Positions 54,246-62,259 of a stretch of 62,259 nt of DNA are shown piece by piece (position 1 is the stretch's first letter; each line of letters starts with the position of its first letter). Source of the DNA: a virus (lineage: Duplodnaviria; Caudoviricetes); IMG/VR virus record IMGVR_UViG_3300046003_005119, positions 1-62,259 of that record; one strand, written 5' to 3'. The notes under the pieces are model-generated. The model saw only the letters and a program-made list of their open reading frames with translations, was not told the origin of the DNA and searched no databases. The position numbers were made by a program, and so were the translations under genes.

Positions 54246-55213
54246 AACAACTCCATCTGTTTGGGTGGATCCATATCGTCAGAGTCTCGAAACCCAACGA
54301 AGGCAGTGAACCTCGGTCGATCCTTGATGCCTCCGGTAAAGAATTTGAACTTCATGGTCTTACCGATCATCTCTTCGCGTCGGTTCCAGAAGTCGATTCG
54401 CATTGTGTCATCTAGCCCGCCGCCAACAGAAGTCTCGAAAGGCTTGCCCCAGAGCCGCTGGTCGAGCGAGTCCTCCTCTGGGAAGACACCTTCACCAGTG
54501 AACGCGCCGAGAACTCCTTGTGGAATGAGATTCTCTTGGTGTCCAGAACGCTCTGTTCTACCGAGCAGATTCGTGGTCGCTTCGTTCTGGTTCGACATCA
54601 ACTCTTTGTAGCCTGTGATTCTTGCTTCGGTCACGACCCAACGACCATCCTTGACCTTGATCAACTGTCCCTCAGTCGGAGTTCCTCTGCCGAATTTGTA
54701 ATATCCATGAGGCGAGCGCAGCATGATTCCTTCATGCCCAAGGGAGATCTGTTCATCGCGATACTCGTAGACGTCTTTCATGGTCCACAGAAGTTTGGTC
54801 TCCAGCACTGTGAAGCGGCCTTTGCCATCTCCATCCATTTTGGAGAAGTCGAGTTCTTCGAGTTGACGAAGACGTTCTTCATATGGATCTACAGAATCCC
54901 ATATATCGAACACGTAGAAGTGGAGATCTTCGTCCGGCTTCCCGAAGGACATAACTGACGAGTCAGTTCTGTTGTAGCAGTTCGGGGCGGTAGGATCTCC
55001 ACAGATCATCTCATAGTCCAGTCCTTCAAGGAACTGTTTATTGTGAGCGATAATGCTCTGCACTTGGGTTGACCGGACTGGCTTGAGGCTGCGAGTCTTC
55101 GCATAACCCTGATGAGTGAAACCACGAATTCCATCGAGTTTCAGCTGTCCATACATCGGAAGAAGCCTCTCTATGTGCTTCTCAACGAATTTGCCTGCGA
55201 GCATCGGTTGCAA
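54242..55213 (-). CDS. ATP-dependent DNA ligase
   Basis: PMLA, KLDGIR (motif I), FYVFD, EGIMLR, IKVK, PRF..F.GFR. Confidence 0.9.
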   Translation of the reverse strand: MQPMLAGKFVEKHIERLLPMYGQLKLDGIRGFTHQGYAKTRSLKPVRSTQVQSIIAHNKQFLEGLDYEMICGDPTAPNCYNRTDSSVMSFGKPDEDLHFYVFDIWDSVDPYEERLRQLEELDFSKMDGDGKGRFTVLETKLLWTMKDVYEYRDEQISLGHEGIMLRSPHGYYKFGRGTPTEGQLIKVKDGRWVVTEARITGYKELMSNQNEATTNLLGRTERSGHQENLIPQGVLGAFTGEGVFPEEDSLDQRLWGKPFETSVGGGLDDTMRIDFWNRREEMIGKTMKFKFFTGGIKDRPRFTAFVGFRDSDDMDPPKQMELF

Positions 55214-55232
55214 GGGTCACCCTCCATATATG

Positions 55233-55261
55233 AAAAGAAGGGTGACCATAAGTCACCCTTC
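55233..55261 (-). terminator. Intrinsic terminator
   Basis: GAAGGGTGAC/GTCACCCTTC stem with a U tract on the minus strand. Confidence 0.65.
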
Positions 55262-55275
55262 TGTCGTTCAAACCG

Positions 55276-55509
55276 TCACGAATTACTGCACGAGTTATCG
55301 CGCTCGCACTCGGCGATCGGCGAGGGGTTCTTGCACGTCGGATTGTTCCAGTAGAGGATGGTCGTGCCATCAGCCGACATGATCGGCGTGAACTGCGTGA
55401 TGTCGCAGTTTGCGGAGGCAGCGCCCGCCGGAGCATCGGCCATCGCAGGAACGGTGAACGTGAGGGCCATCAGAACAAAAGTCATAAAGATCGAGAACAG
55501 AAGTTTCAT
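55276..55509 (-). CDS. Small secreted protein with four Cys
   Basis: Signal peptide ending AMA-D; GGAGA RBS. Confidence 0.65.
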   Translation of the reverse strand: MKLLFSIFMTFVLMALTFTVPAMADAPAGAASANCDITQFTPIMSADGTTILYWNNPTCKNPSPIAECERDNSCSNS

Positions 55510-55766
55510 CGGTAGTCTCCTTGTTTATGCACCTGACCCAAGTGCGGGGATAGCGACAGCGGTTGTCCTTTTCGCACCTTCTCGATACGAAACCGAACAT
55601 CGCTGTATTCCATCTCTTTGGGCTTATCGACCCAAGAGTAGCCGAATGGCTCACCAGATATCGAGCATAGAACAGCCACGAAATCATGAGTGCCAGAGTG
55701 AGCGCGTTCGAACGCAACCCTCTTATTGACACCTGCTCTGGTGAGAAATATCTGTTTCAAGATCAC
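55506..55766 (-). CDS. Hypothetical protein
   Basis: Coupled at both ends. Confidence 0.5.
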   Translation of the reverse strand: MILKQIFLTRAGVNKRVAFERAHSGTHDFVAVLCSISGEPFGYSWVDKPKEMEYSDVRFRIEKVRKGQPLSLSPHLGQVHKQGDYR

Positions 55767-56098
55767 GACTGCACCGCCTTAGCCGCTGCGAGGGCGGCGA
55801 GGTCGGCGGGATCATATGTGGCGGCGAAAATGTCGGGCTTGCACGGGTAGAACTCGCCCTTAACGCCTTTGATGATGTAGTCGCCAATGTTGGCATTCAT
55901 CGCGCCTTCAAGCGTGTAGATTTTAAGCCCCTCGCGCTGGACCAAATCTTCATACTTCTCCCACATCATCCCCGCGTGGTTTGTGCGAGTGTCTGGCGGT
56001 CCATCTGTGAAGCAGATCACATCGCGGAGGTTGTCGCCTGTCCATTGGATAGCGTCAATGACGACAGGTTTCTTGCGGTAGCGTTTCGGTGCGGTCAT
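55763..56098 (-). CDS. Widespread phage protein (PGDYG-like family)
   Basis: YRKKPVVI.AIQW.G...TLEG.M.A..GDYIIKGVKGEFYPCKPDIF..TY. Confidence 0.8.
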   Translation of the reverse strand: MTAPKRYRKKPVVIDAIQWTGDNLRDVICFTDGPPDTRTNHAGMMWEKYEDLVQREGLKIYTLEGAMNANIGDYIIKGVKGEFYPCKPDIFAATYDPADLAALAAAKAVQS

Positions 56099-56331
56099 TT
56101 CTTTTCTCCGATCAGGGCGCGGCGTATATCCAGCAATACATCAGACGCGGTGCAGTTCCGGCCTGCGTGATATTCTGCAATTCTCTCCGCCTCTCTCAGC
56201 GCTGCCTCACGGATCGCGGAGGGGTCGATGGCGGGGATAGCGCGCAGTTTGACGATAGCCTCCTCTGGGTCAATCGTCCAATCAGTGTATATTTTCAGCG
56301 CGGTGTCGCGCGAAATCAGGTCAGCCATCAC
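56095..56331 (-). CDS. Hypothetical protein
   Basis: DLISR..A...AIREAALREA phage motif. Confidence 0.6.
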   Translation of the reverse strand: MMADLISRDTALKIYTDWTIDPEEAIVKLRAIPAIDPSAIREAALREAERIAEYHAGRNCTASDVLLDIRRALIGEKK

Positions 56332-56558
56332 GCGACACCATAAATGATGTTGAGAATAGTCTTCGAATCGATGATCGTCTGACAGATCTTCCGGCGATCA
56401 ACCATCGCCTGACCGAGTTGCATCGCAGCATCGATCTTCGGCCCAGTGACGCCAGAAGTCTTCTGCTCACGATATTTCTCGAGATGTTTGGTGCAGATCT
56501 CGATAATTTCCAACTCGAGCTCTGCCTTTGCAATCAGATCACCAATACTGCTCTTCAT
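56328..56558 (-). CDS. Early hypothetical protein
   Basis: Leader motif and promoter. Confidence 0.65.
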   Translation of the reverse strand: MKSSIGDLIAKAELELEIIEICTKHLEKYREQKTSGVTGPKIDAAMQLGQAMVDRRKICQTIIDSKTILNIIYGVA

Positions 56559-56583
56559 GGTAGCCTCCTTAGCTGCTTTATAC

Positions 56584-56612
56584 AGTATGCGCTCTGATAA
56601 AGCCTATGACAA
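56584..56612 (-). promoter_or_regulatory. Early promoter
   Basis: TTGTCA-N17-CATACT. Confidence 0.75.
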
Positions 56613-56614
56613 AT

Positions 56615-58993
56615 TCAAAATGGGTCTTCAGGTTGGTCAAGATCGAGTTGAACAGGATCTTGCCAATCGATATGTCCGTAGATCTTCGACCAAGACTCTC
56701 TGCAAGAATCTAATGTTCCAAAATCATAGAAATACGCTCTCCGAGCAACCCTATGAACCATCCCTCTATCGTCCTGCTCTTCGACTGTGATCCTTCTTTG
56801 AGTTTTGCCGATATGAGGGCAAACTCGTGAAAGAAAGCGGCCGAGGGCAGTTTCATTTCCGCGGCGTGAGAACTTCCACTTCTCAGCATACATCGTGAAA
56901 TCGTGAGTCACGGCGTCGCAGGGAATATCTCTCTGCCATTGGGCATCCTGATCCAGAATTCTCCCGTTCTGGAGTTTACGGAACCACCATTCTTCATCGA
57001 TGCCCATGGAAAGCAGCTTCTGCTCCTGAAGCGCCGAGGTGTCAGGGACATCGCGAACTTCGAAGCCTTTCAGGTCAATGGTCTGGAGATGGTAGAGAAG
57101 GGCTTCGAAGCCTCCGTTCTCCATTTGTTCAATCAGAGCCTTGAAGAACTTCTTGTCCTGCTTATTCTTCTCTCCCATGTCCAGCATGAAGTAACGACGT
57201 TCGTCTCCAGTAGCACGAATGACATGAGGGTCATTCGCGGCCATGATCAGGTGAACGAAGTTCGGGTAGGGTTCGGTGTCGACTCCTTTGGCTTCGATTG
57301 GGATACTGTCTTCTGTGACGAGCATCTTGAGGACAGATTCGTGTCTTTTGTCGCCAGCGAAGAAAGCCTCGTCGGCGAAAAGTAGGATGACGTCCCGTAG
57401 GTGAGCGTTGAAGTTCCCAACAAGGTGCGACGGATTCGCGACATGAAGATGGTGTCTCCCAAATAGTCTGCCGAACATGGTGGCGAAAAGGGACTTACCA
57501 GTTCCCTTCCCACCTCGAAGAACGATAGCAACTTCTCCAGGAGAAGCAGGGTTCTGAACTGCCCTCGCCATCCATTTGATGAGATAGTCATAGTAGGCTG
57601 TATTTCCTGAACACACGTTGTTCAGGATATGTGCGAGATACAGTGAGCAATCTCCAGGAACTGGTTCAACATTGAAGCCTCTCCACAGATTGTAAACTCC
57701 TGGCTGATCTCCCTGAGGCATGAACTTCATCGTATCGAACTGCCTCCTCATCTTGTGGTTGATCCAATACTTTCCAAGAGGAACCATAATCGGCAAACCT
57801 TTGTCGGTCGTGCCAACTTGGATCATGATGTTTGAATAACGATTACGCAGATCTTCAAAGGATGAGAGAGTAATTCTCGTCCTGTGCAGGATATCATCCG
57901 TGATCTCTTCAATCACGCGACATTTCCCACCGATGTTTCCAATGATTGCGTGACGATCGTTCATCATTGTGAGGTTCGGATCCTCACAATACTCTTTCGC
58001 TCGCTTAATCTGTCTCCGACAATATCTGTCTGCTCCACCCTTCAGTTCGATGACCGACGATGAAATGCCCCAGTCAGGATCGGTCAAAAGAGCGTAGATC
58101 ACATGATCAGGAACGTTGCAGCGGACCAGAGAACAAACGCAATCGAACACCCAAGCAGAGCGGGAGTTATCGTCCTTCTTGGGCTGATCAGGGTGCATCC
58201 CTTGGGCAACAATCACCTTCACTCGATCTGGCACGTTCCACTGATCAAGTTCTGATAGATCTTGTATCTTCTCGACGTTTCCTGGAATATCGACAGTGAC
58301 ACCGTATTCACCACCGTCGCGAGAAGGTCCAGCGGTCTGGACAGCCTGAGCTTTCTTGAACTCCGACAACTCGTAGCTGTTCGTTGTGAATTGCAAGAGA
58401 ACAGCAAGTTCCTCGACTCGACCTTTCTTGCGTTTCTTTGCGTCAGGAACATTGATCGATCCAGGAAGTCGCATGATTCGATCGACGTTGTGACAGTGGT
58501 CACCACCAAAGATCTGCTCGAGGCGTTTGTTGTAGAGTTCGAAATCCTCGGCGAGTTTTGTATCACCATCGATCTTCACCGGAGTCTTCAGACGCCAGAA
58601 CGCCTGATATCCGCCGCCAGAGAATATGATACAGGTTGGATTAGGTAGACCCTTCGGCAAACGATCTGTCAACATGCCCAAGGCGCGAGCACGTTCTTCC
58701 TGAAGGTCCTGACCATCTGCGGGGTCGATATCAATATGCAGCCACTCAGCGGAAGCGATATCTTCTTTGTTCGCCTTACTCGTGAGGTTGCCCTTCACAG
58801 AGTTGACATGGAAATAGATATTCCGATCGCCGTTGTATTTCTCGATCCAGGAGTAAGCCTCTTTCTCCTGTTTGCTCGAGAACGTAGTTGTCGTGATGCC
58901 TTTCCGATCGGTGCTTATGCTCGTGAGAACCCACGGTCCGTTTGGATTCCACTTTTTGAGGAACTCTACTGAACGCTTGCTGTCACCCTGCAT
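56615..58993 (-). CDS. Primase-helicase (RepB-like AEP primase plus SF3-type NTPase)
   Basis: HIDID, SGGGYQAFW, RIMRLPG; GGKGTGKS, FADE, ERRY. Confidence 0.9.
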   Translation of the reverse strand: MQGDSKRSVEFLKKWNPNGPWVLTSISTDRKGITTTTFSSKQEKEAYSWIEKYNGDRNIYFHVNSVKGNLTSKANKEDIASAEWLHIDIDPADGQDLQEERARALGMLTDRLPKGLPNPTCIIFSGGGYQAFWRLKTPVKIDGDTKLAEDFELYNKRLEQIFGGDHCHNVDRIMRLPGSINVPDAKKRKKGRVEELAVLLQFTTNSYELSEFKKAQAVQTAGPSRDGGEYGVTVDIPGNVEKIQDLSELDQWNVPDRVKVIVAQGMHPDQPKKDDNSRSAWVFDCVCSLVRCNVPDHVIYALLTDPDWGISSSVIELKGGADRYCRRQIKRAKEYCEDPNLTMMNDRHAIIGNIGGKCRVIEEITDDILHRTRITLSSFEDLRNRYSNIMIQVGTTDKGLPIMVPLGKYWINHKMRRQFDTMKFMPQGDQPGVYNLWRGFNVEPVPGDCSLYLAHILNNVCSGNTAYYDYLIKWMARAVQNPASPGEVAIVLRGGKGTGKSLFATMFGRLFGRHHLHVANPSHLVGNFNAHLRDVILLFADEAFFAGDKRHESVLKMLVTEDSIPIEAKGVDTEPYPNFVHLIMAANDPHVIRATGDERRYFMLDMGEKNKQDKKFFKALIEQMENGGFEALLYHLQTIDLKGFEVRDVPDTSALQEQKLLSMGIDEEWWFRKLQNGRILDQDAQWQRDIPCDAVTHDFTMYAEKWKFSRRGNETALGRFLSRVCPHIGKTQRRITVEEQDDRGMVHRVARRAYFYDFGTLDSCRESWSKIYGHIDWQDPVQLDLDQPEDPF

Positions 58994-59195
58994 ATCTGCT
59001 CCAATACTCTACGAGAGTTTTATGAGGAGCCTTGCCCTGTTCCATCATGCTGAACCAGAATCTGCTGACTCCGAGTTCTTCAGCGCATTCCCTCTGTGTT
59101 TTTCCGAGGCGTCGACGGATCAGAAAGCAGGCCTCAGTTTCTGATAGTTCAACATCAGTTTCAGCAAACTCTGTGGGGTTGCTGATTCTCTCCAT
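58983..59195 (-). CDS. XRE-family HTH protein (start uncertain, may extend upstream)
   Basis: RRRLGKTQRECAEELGVSR.W.S.MEQG. Confidence 0.7.
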   Translation of the reverse strand: MERISNPTEFAETDVELSETEACFLIRRRLGKTQRECAEELGVSRFWFSMMEQGKAPHKTLVEYWSRYAG

Positions 59196-59230
59196 GTCGA
59201 TCGACAAACCCTGACGTCTGCGTAGAATCG

Positions 59231-59650
59231 TTACCCTTTCGATCGCTGTGAGATGTAGTCCAGAAGTCTCTGCCTCTCCAGACCGTTCGCCATGTAGAGT
59301 TCCGCTTCCGCCATCATTTCCGGACGCGTCATCAGTCCCCACCTGTTTTTGATCCACAGGCCGTCGAAGAAGAACCATGAACGAGAAACCTTCGCCGCCA
59401 CCATCGCCAGCCCGCCCGCTCTGCTCCGACGATATAGCCAGACTCCCTGCTCTTTCGTCAGCGGGTGTTTGAACCTGACTGGGTTCTGATCCGCTCCCTT
59501 GGGCCAAGCATCGAGGTTCTTGCATTCGAACCATCCTCCAATAAAATTCACGTCAGGAATACCGAGGCCTGTCATGGGGCTTTCGATACAGACAGCGTCC
59601 AGTGTCGCTAACGCAGACACCAGAACGCTCTTCATACTAGCCTCTGACAT
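59231..59650 (-). CDS. PD-(D/E)XK nuclease (resolvase/VRR-NUC-like)
   Basis: MSE...GIPD......WFECK...T.EQ..W..R....GG. Confidence 0.75.
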   Translation of the reverse strand: MSEASMKSVLVSALATLDAVCIESPMTGLGIPDVNFIGGWFECKNLDAWPKGADQNPVRFKHPLTKEQGVWLYRRSRAGGLAMVAAKVSRSWFFFDGLWIKNRWGLMTRPEMMAEAELYMANGLERQRLLDYISQRSKG

Positions 59651-60338
59651 AGAGGCCTGTGCTGATCTTCTGGAAGGTGTTCAGCTTGGGCTTCTTCACA
59701 TGAGTGAAACCCTGCTCGATCAGGGAATCGTCAATCATGTTCATGCTTTCTTCCCAGTCAGGCCGGTGAAAGTGGAACTCGATAGCGATCGTCTCAACGC
59801 TATCAGGCAGATGATCCCAGTTCAGTGAATACTCGCCTCCCTCGCAGTCGCACTTGATGAACTGAACTCCTGTCCGCAGGAGTTCCTGGAAATGGATAAC
59901 AGGAACTTCCACGGAGGCGCGGCCCTTGAACGGTTCAACCGAATTCGTAGCAGAGAACGTCTTGCCCAAGTAAAGAGGGATGCACAAGTCCGGGAAATCG
60001 TGGTCGACGACAGCGGCCATGTGAAGTTCAGTATCACCACGAATGTTCTTCCGAAGAACCTCCTCTGCTCGCGGATCAGGTTCGACGGAGATAATGCTGT
60101 CAGGCGGATAGTTCCGGCAGATGAACACGTTGAAAAAGCCGCAATGAGCCCCAAAGTCCAGGACACGTTTTCCCTTGGCTCGCTCGGCGACTTTTCCATA
60201 GTCACGCTTCTGCTCGGTGAAGACATACGGGTCTCCAGCACCAAGATAGTAGACTTGGTGAACGTCATGATATTGCATGGTGATGTCCTGAATTTGCAGT
60301 TGGCTTTTTACCATAGCGGCCAGAGGTGGCCGAGACAA
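59637..60338 (-). CDS. FkbM-family SAM-dependent methyltransferase
   Basis: VLDFGAHCG, VEP, AAV, IKCDCEGGEY, IEFH. Confidence 0.85.
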   Translation of the reverse strand: MSRPPLAAMVKSQLQIQDITMQYHDVHQVYYLGAGDPYVFTEQKRDYGKVAERAKGKRVLDFGAHCGFFNVFICRNYPPDSIISVEPDPRAEEVLRKNIRGDTELHMAAVVDHDFPDLCIPLYLGKTFSATNSVEPFKGRASVEVPVIHFQELLRTGVQFIKCDCEGGEYSLNWDHLPDSVETIAIEFHFHRPDWEESMNMIDDSLIEQGFTHVKKPKLNTFQKISTGLYVRG

Positions 60339-60341
60339 TGG

Positions 60342-60791
60342 TTAGTTTTCTAGAAAGTTCACAGAAACTTCAGCTTCAGAGAACATGTCCGCGGCTGTGA
60401 TCATTCCAGGCCAGCGAGTAATCATATCTGGAGCGACTTTGTGAGTGAACACCTGAGTGATTCCGGCATGAATGATCTGCGCCGCACATCTCTCGCAAGG
60501 ATGGTGCGTCACATACATCACAGCGTTCTTGAAGTTCGACGAATCGAAGTTCGACAAGGCATGTTGCTCTGCATGGATCACTCTTGGGTATTTCCATTCG
60601 CGATTCTTCAGCATCTCGATCGTGTGAGGAATACGATCAGGAACATGGTTGTATCCCCACGACACAATCTTTCCTTCTGAGGCGATCACGGCACCGACTT
60701 TTGTCGATGGATCATGACTCATCGATGAGTGCGCCCAAGCAATACGCATGAGCATGAGATGATGTTCACACATGCTGGTGACTCCCGTCAT
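60342..60791 (-). CDS. dCMP deaminase
   Basis: S.DPSTKVGAVI, GYN, HAEQ, PCERC. Confidence 0.9.
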   Translation of the reverse strand: MTGVTSMCEHHLMLMRIAWAHSSMSHDPSTKVGAVIASEGKIVSWGYNHVPDRIPHTIEMLKNREWKYPRVIHAEQHALSNFDSSNFKNAVMYVTHHPCERCAAQIIHAGITQVFTHKVAPDMITRWPGMITAADMFSEAEVSVNFLEN

Positions 60792-61086
60792 CTGCCAGAG
60801 TCCACGTTCTGGCTTCGTTAATGTCCATTTTCTCTTGGACGAGTTCCATCAGATCGAAGCCGAGGTTCTCAGCGATCTGAAGCATGAAGATTGTGACATC
60901 TGCTGCTTCCATAGCACAGATCTTCGCACTCTCAGCACCGCTGAGATTTTGCAAAGAGCTGAGCAGTTCGCTCATCTCCTTGTTGCCACGAATAGCGATC
61001 GGCAGCGGCCCGTGATACCCGAAGGTCTTTCGAGCCCAGACCACGATAGTCTTCTGTGTCCACTTCATTTGTAGTTGTCCTTCCAA
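60766..61086 (-). CDS. MazG-like dNTP pyrophosphohydrolase
   Basis: W...TFG, E..EL, EAADV.I, KM.IN..R.W. Confidence 0.75.
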   Translation of the reverse strand: MEGQLQMKWTQKTIVVWARKTFGYHGPLPIAIRGNKEMSELLSSLQNLSGAESAKICAMEAADVTIFMLQIAENLGFDLMELVQEKMDINEARTWTLADDGSHQHV

Positions 61087-61343
61087 GGTTTGAACGTGAC
61101 TTGTTGACGATAGTGCCAGACTGCTTGACTGGATACTTCAATCGGAACTTCTGGCTCTTCTCTGACACCATGATCACGCTTATGTATCCGACTGTATGAT
61201 CTGTTCATGTTTATCTTGAATTTATGTCTGGTGCTTTCTCGTTCCATGCGATACATATATTCAAGATACACTGTCTCACGAATGATCGTGAATACATATG
61301 TTCTCTTGATGAGATCAGACTCGTGGACATCTATCTCCATCAT
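61065..61343 (-). CDS. Hypothetical protein
   Basis: ATGA-coupled to the polymerase stop codon. Confidence 0.55.
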   Translation of the reverse strand: MMEIDVHESDLIKRTYVFTIIRETVYLEYMYRMERESTRHKFKINMNRSYSRIHKRDHGVREEPEVPIEVSSQAVWHYRQQVTFKPWKDNYK

Positions 61344-62257
61344 ACTTTCTTAACCTCTCCCCATGAAGGACCACACTCAGTGTCGACTTTGAAAGGAACC
61401 CAAGGAGAGCAGCGCGTGAGAACACAATCTCTCATGATGTCGCCCGCTTCTTTGGCCTCTTTAGTCGACGCAAAGGAACCATCCATCTCGTCGTGGACTT
61501 GAAGCTGGATATAGTGACCAGCACGATCAAGTTCGACAAGAGCCAGCTTGGTCTGATCTGCAGATGAACCCTGAATGATTCGGTTCAGGGCTTTGTGGGT
61601 GTAGTCATAAGTTCCGTCGTCTTTACGCTCGAAATTCAGCTGACGACCAAGGACAGTGCGAACAAACCCGTTCTGCTCAGCTCGTTCTGTAGCTTTGGAA
61701 GCGAGCAATCCAACGTATGGAACTTCTGTGTTGAAGTTATCAAGAATTTCTTGACCTTCTTCTCCAGCCATCTCCTTGATGTAGCCTTTTCCACTCTCCA
61801 TCTTGTATCGCATGGCTTCATGACGATTCTCGAAATATTCTATGACTCGGCGCTGGCCCCATCCAGAGATATGCGCCCAGCGAGTTGGCTTGCCAATGTC
61901 GTGACAGAGTTTCGCGCCGCCTTCACCATAGCACAATCCGAGGAAGATGTTCTTGGAGTAACCTCGATTCACCTTGAAGTTCGGCGACTTCTCGGCCAGC
62001 CAAGCATCGACCTTTGCGTCACCATGAATGAGACGCGTCATCATCTCGTGGTTGTCGGTTGACGGATCGTTCTGATATCGCAGAGCAGCATCTCTCGCCT
62101 TGGGCAAATCCATCACGGCTGCGAAGTGTGTCGTCCAGCGAGGTTCCTGCTGAGAATAGTCGTTACAACCCCAGATCGTTCCAGGCTCTGGAATAAAGAT
62201 CTTGCGCCATTCACCAGCAATATCAGGATCACGATCTGGAGAAGGCTGCTGCTGCAT
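61340..62257 (-). CDS. polA: DNA polymerase family A, C-terminal polymerase domain
   Basis: Motif A DYSQQEPR, motif B RGYSKNIFLGLCYG, IQGSSAD, motif C QVHDE. Confidence 0.95.
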   Translation of the reverse strand: MQQQPSPDRDPDIAGEWRKIFIPEPGTIWGCNDYSQQEPRWTTHFAAVMDLPKARDAALRYQNDPSTDNHEMMTRLIHGDAKVDAWLAEKSPNFKVNRGYSKNIFLGLCYGEGGAKLCHDIGKPTRWAHISGWGQRRVIEYFENRHEAMRYKMESGKGYIKEMAGEEGQEILDNFNTEVPYVGLLASKATERAEQNGFVRTVLGRQLNFERKDDGTYDYTHKALNRIIQGSSADQTKLALVELDRAGHYIQLQVHDEMDGSFASTKEAKEAGDIMRDCVLTRCSPWVPFKVDTECGPSWGEVKKV

Positions 62258-62259
62258 GT
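62134..62259. repeat. Terminal direct repeat, right copy
   Basis: Identical to 4-129; lies inside the polymerase ORF. Confidence 0.95.

Noticed and set aside
58983-59534. Lysogeny module inferred from the XRE HTH gene
   Set aside because: No integrase, parA or att-like context recognised; the long N-terminal extension in the track overlaps the nuclease gene.

Overview
The window is an apparently complete, circularly permuted ~62.1 kb tailed dsDNA phage genome. Bases 4-129 are repeated at 62134-62259, and the family A DNA polymerase gene runs across that junction. Gene content and order resemble YuA/M6/phiJL001-type siphoviruses. An alphaproteobacterial (Rhodobacterales/Rhizobiales-like) host is inferred, not shown. 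Almost every gene is on the minus strand. Modules: replication and nucleotide modification (PolA, primase-helicase, SNF2 and RecD-like helicases, NrdJ, dCMP deaminase, dUMP-type thymidylate synthase/hydroxymethylase, aGPT-Pplase1/5-hmdU kinase-like protein, GT-B glycosyltransferase, FkbM methyltransferase, HD and MazG-like hydrolases); lysis; tail; head; terminase; ~20 kb of small early genes; one tRNA-Arg(UCU). No integrase was recognised. Four features stand out. (1) A 677-bp island with no GA or TC dinucleotide at all, holding a whole promoter, gene and terminator, plus smaller GA/TC-free islands inside coding regions, in a genome that otherwise looks GA/TC-rich. This suggests the phage patterns its own base hypermodification. 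(2) A ~410-nt structured non-coding region between the scaffold and capsid genes. One loop is perfectly antisense to a leader motif (AGGCTACCA) found at the start of about a dozen early genes, and the terminal loop carries the alphaproteobacterial 'cuckoo' motif CCUCCUCCC. (3) An atypical thymidine-hypermodification gene set. (4) A phased array of six GTAAC-N5-GTTAC boxes next to the island promoter. All functional calls come from motif recognition by eye; no database search was run.
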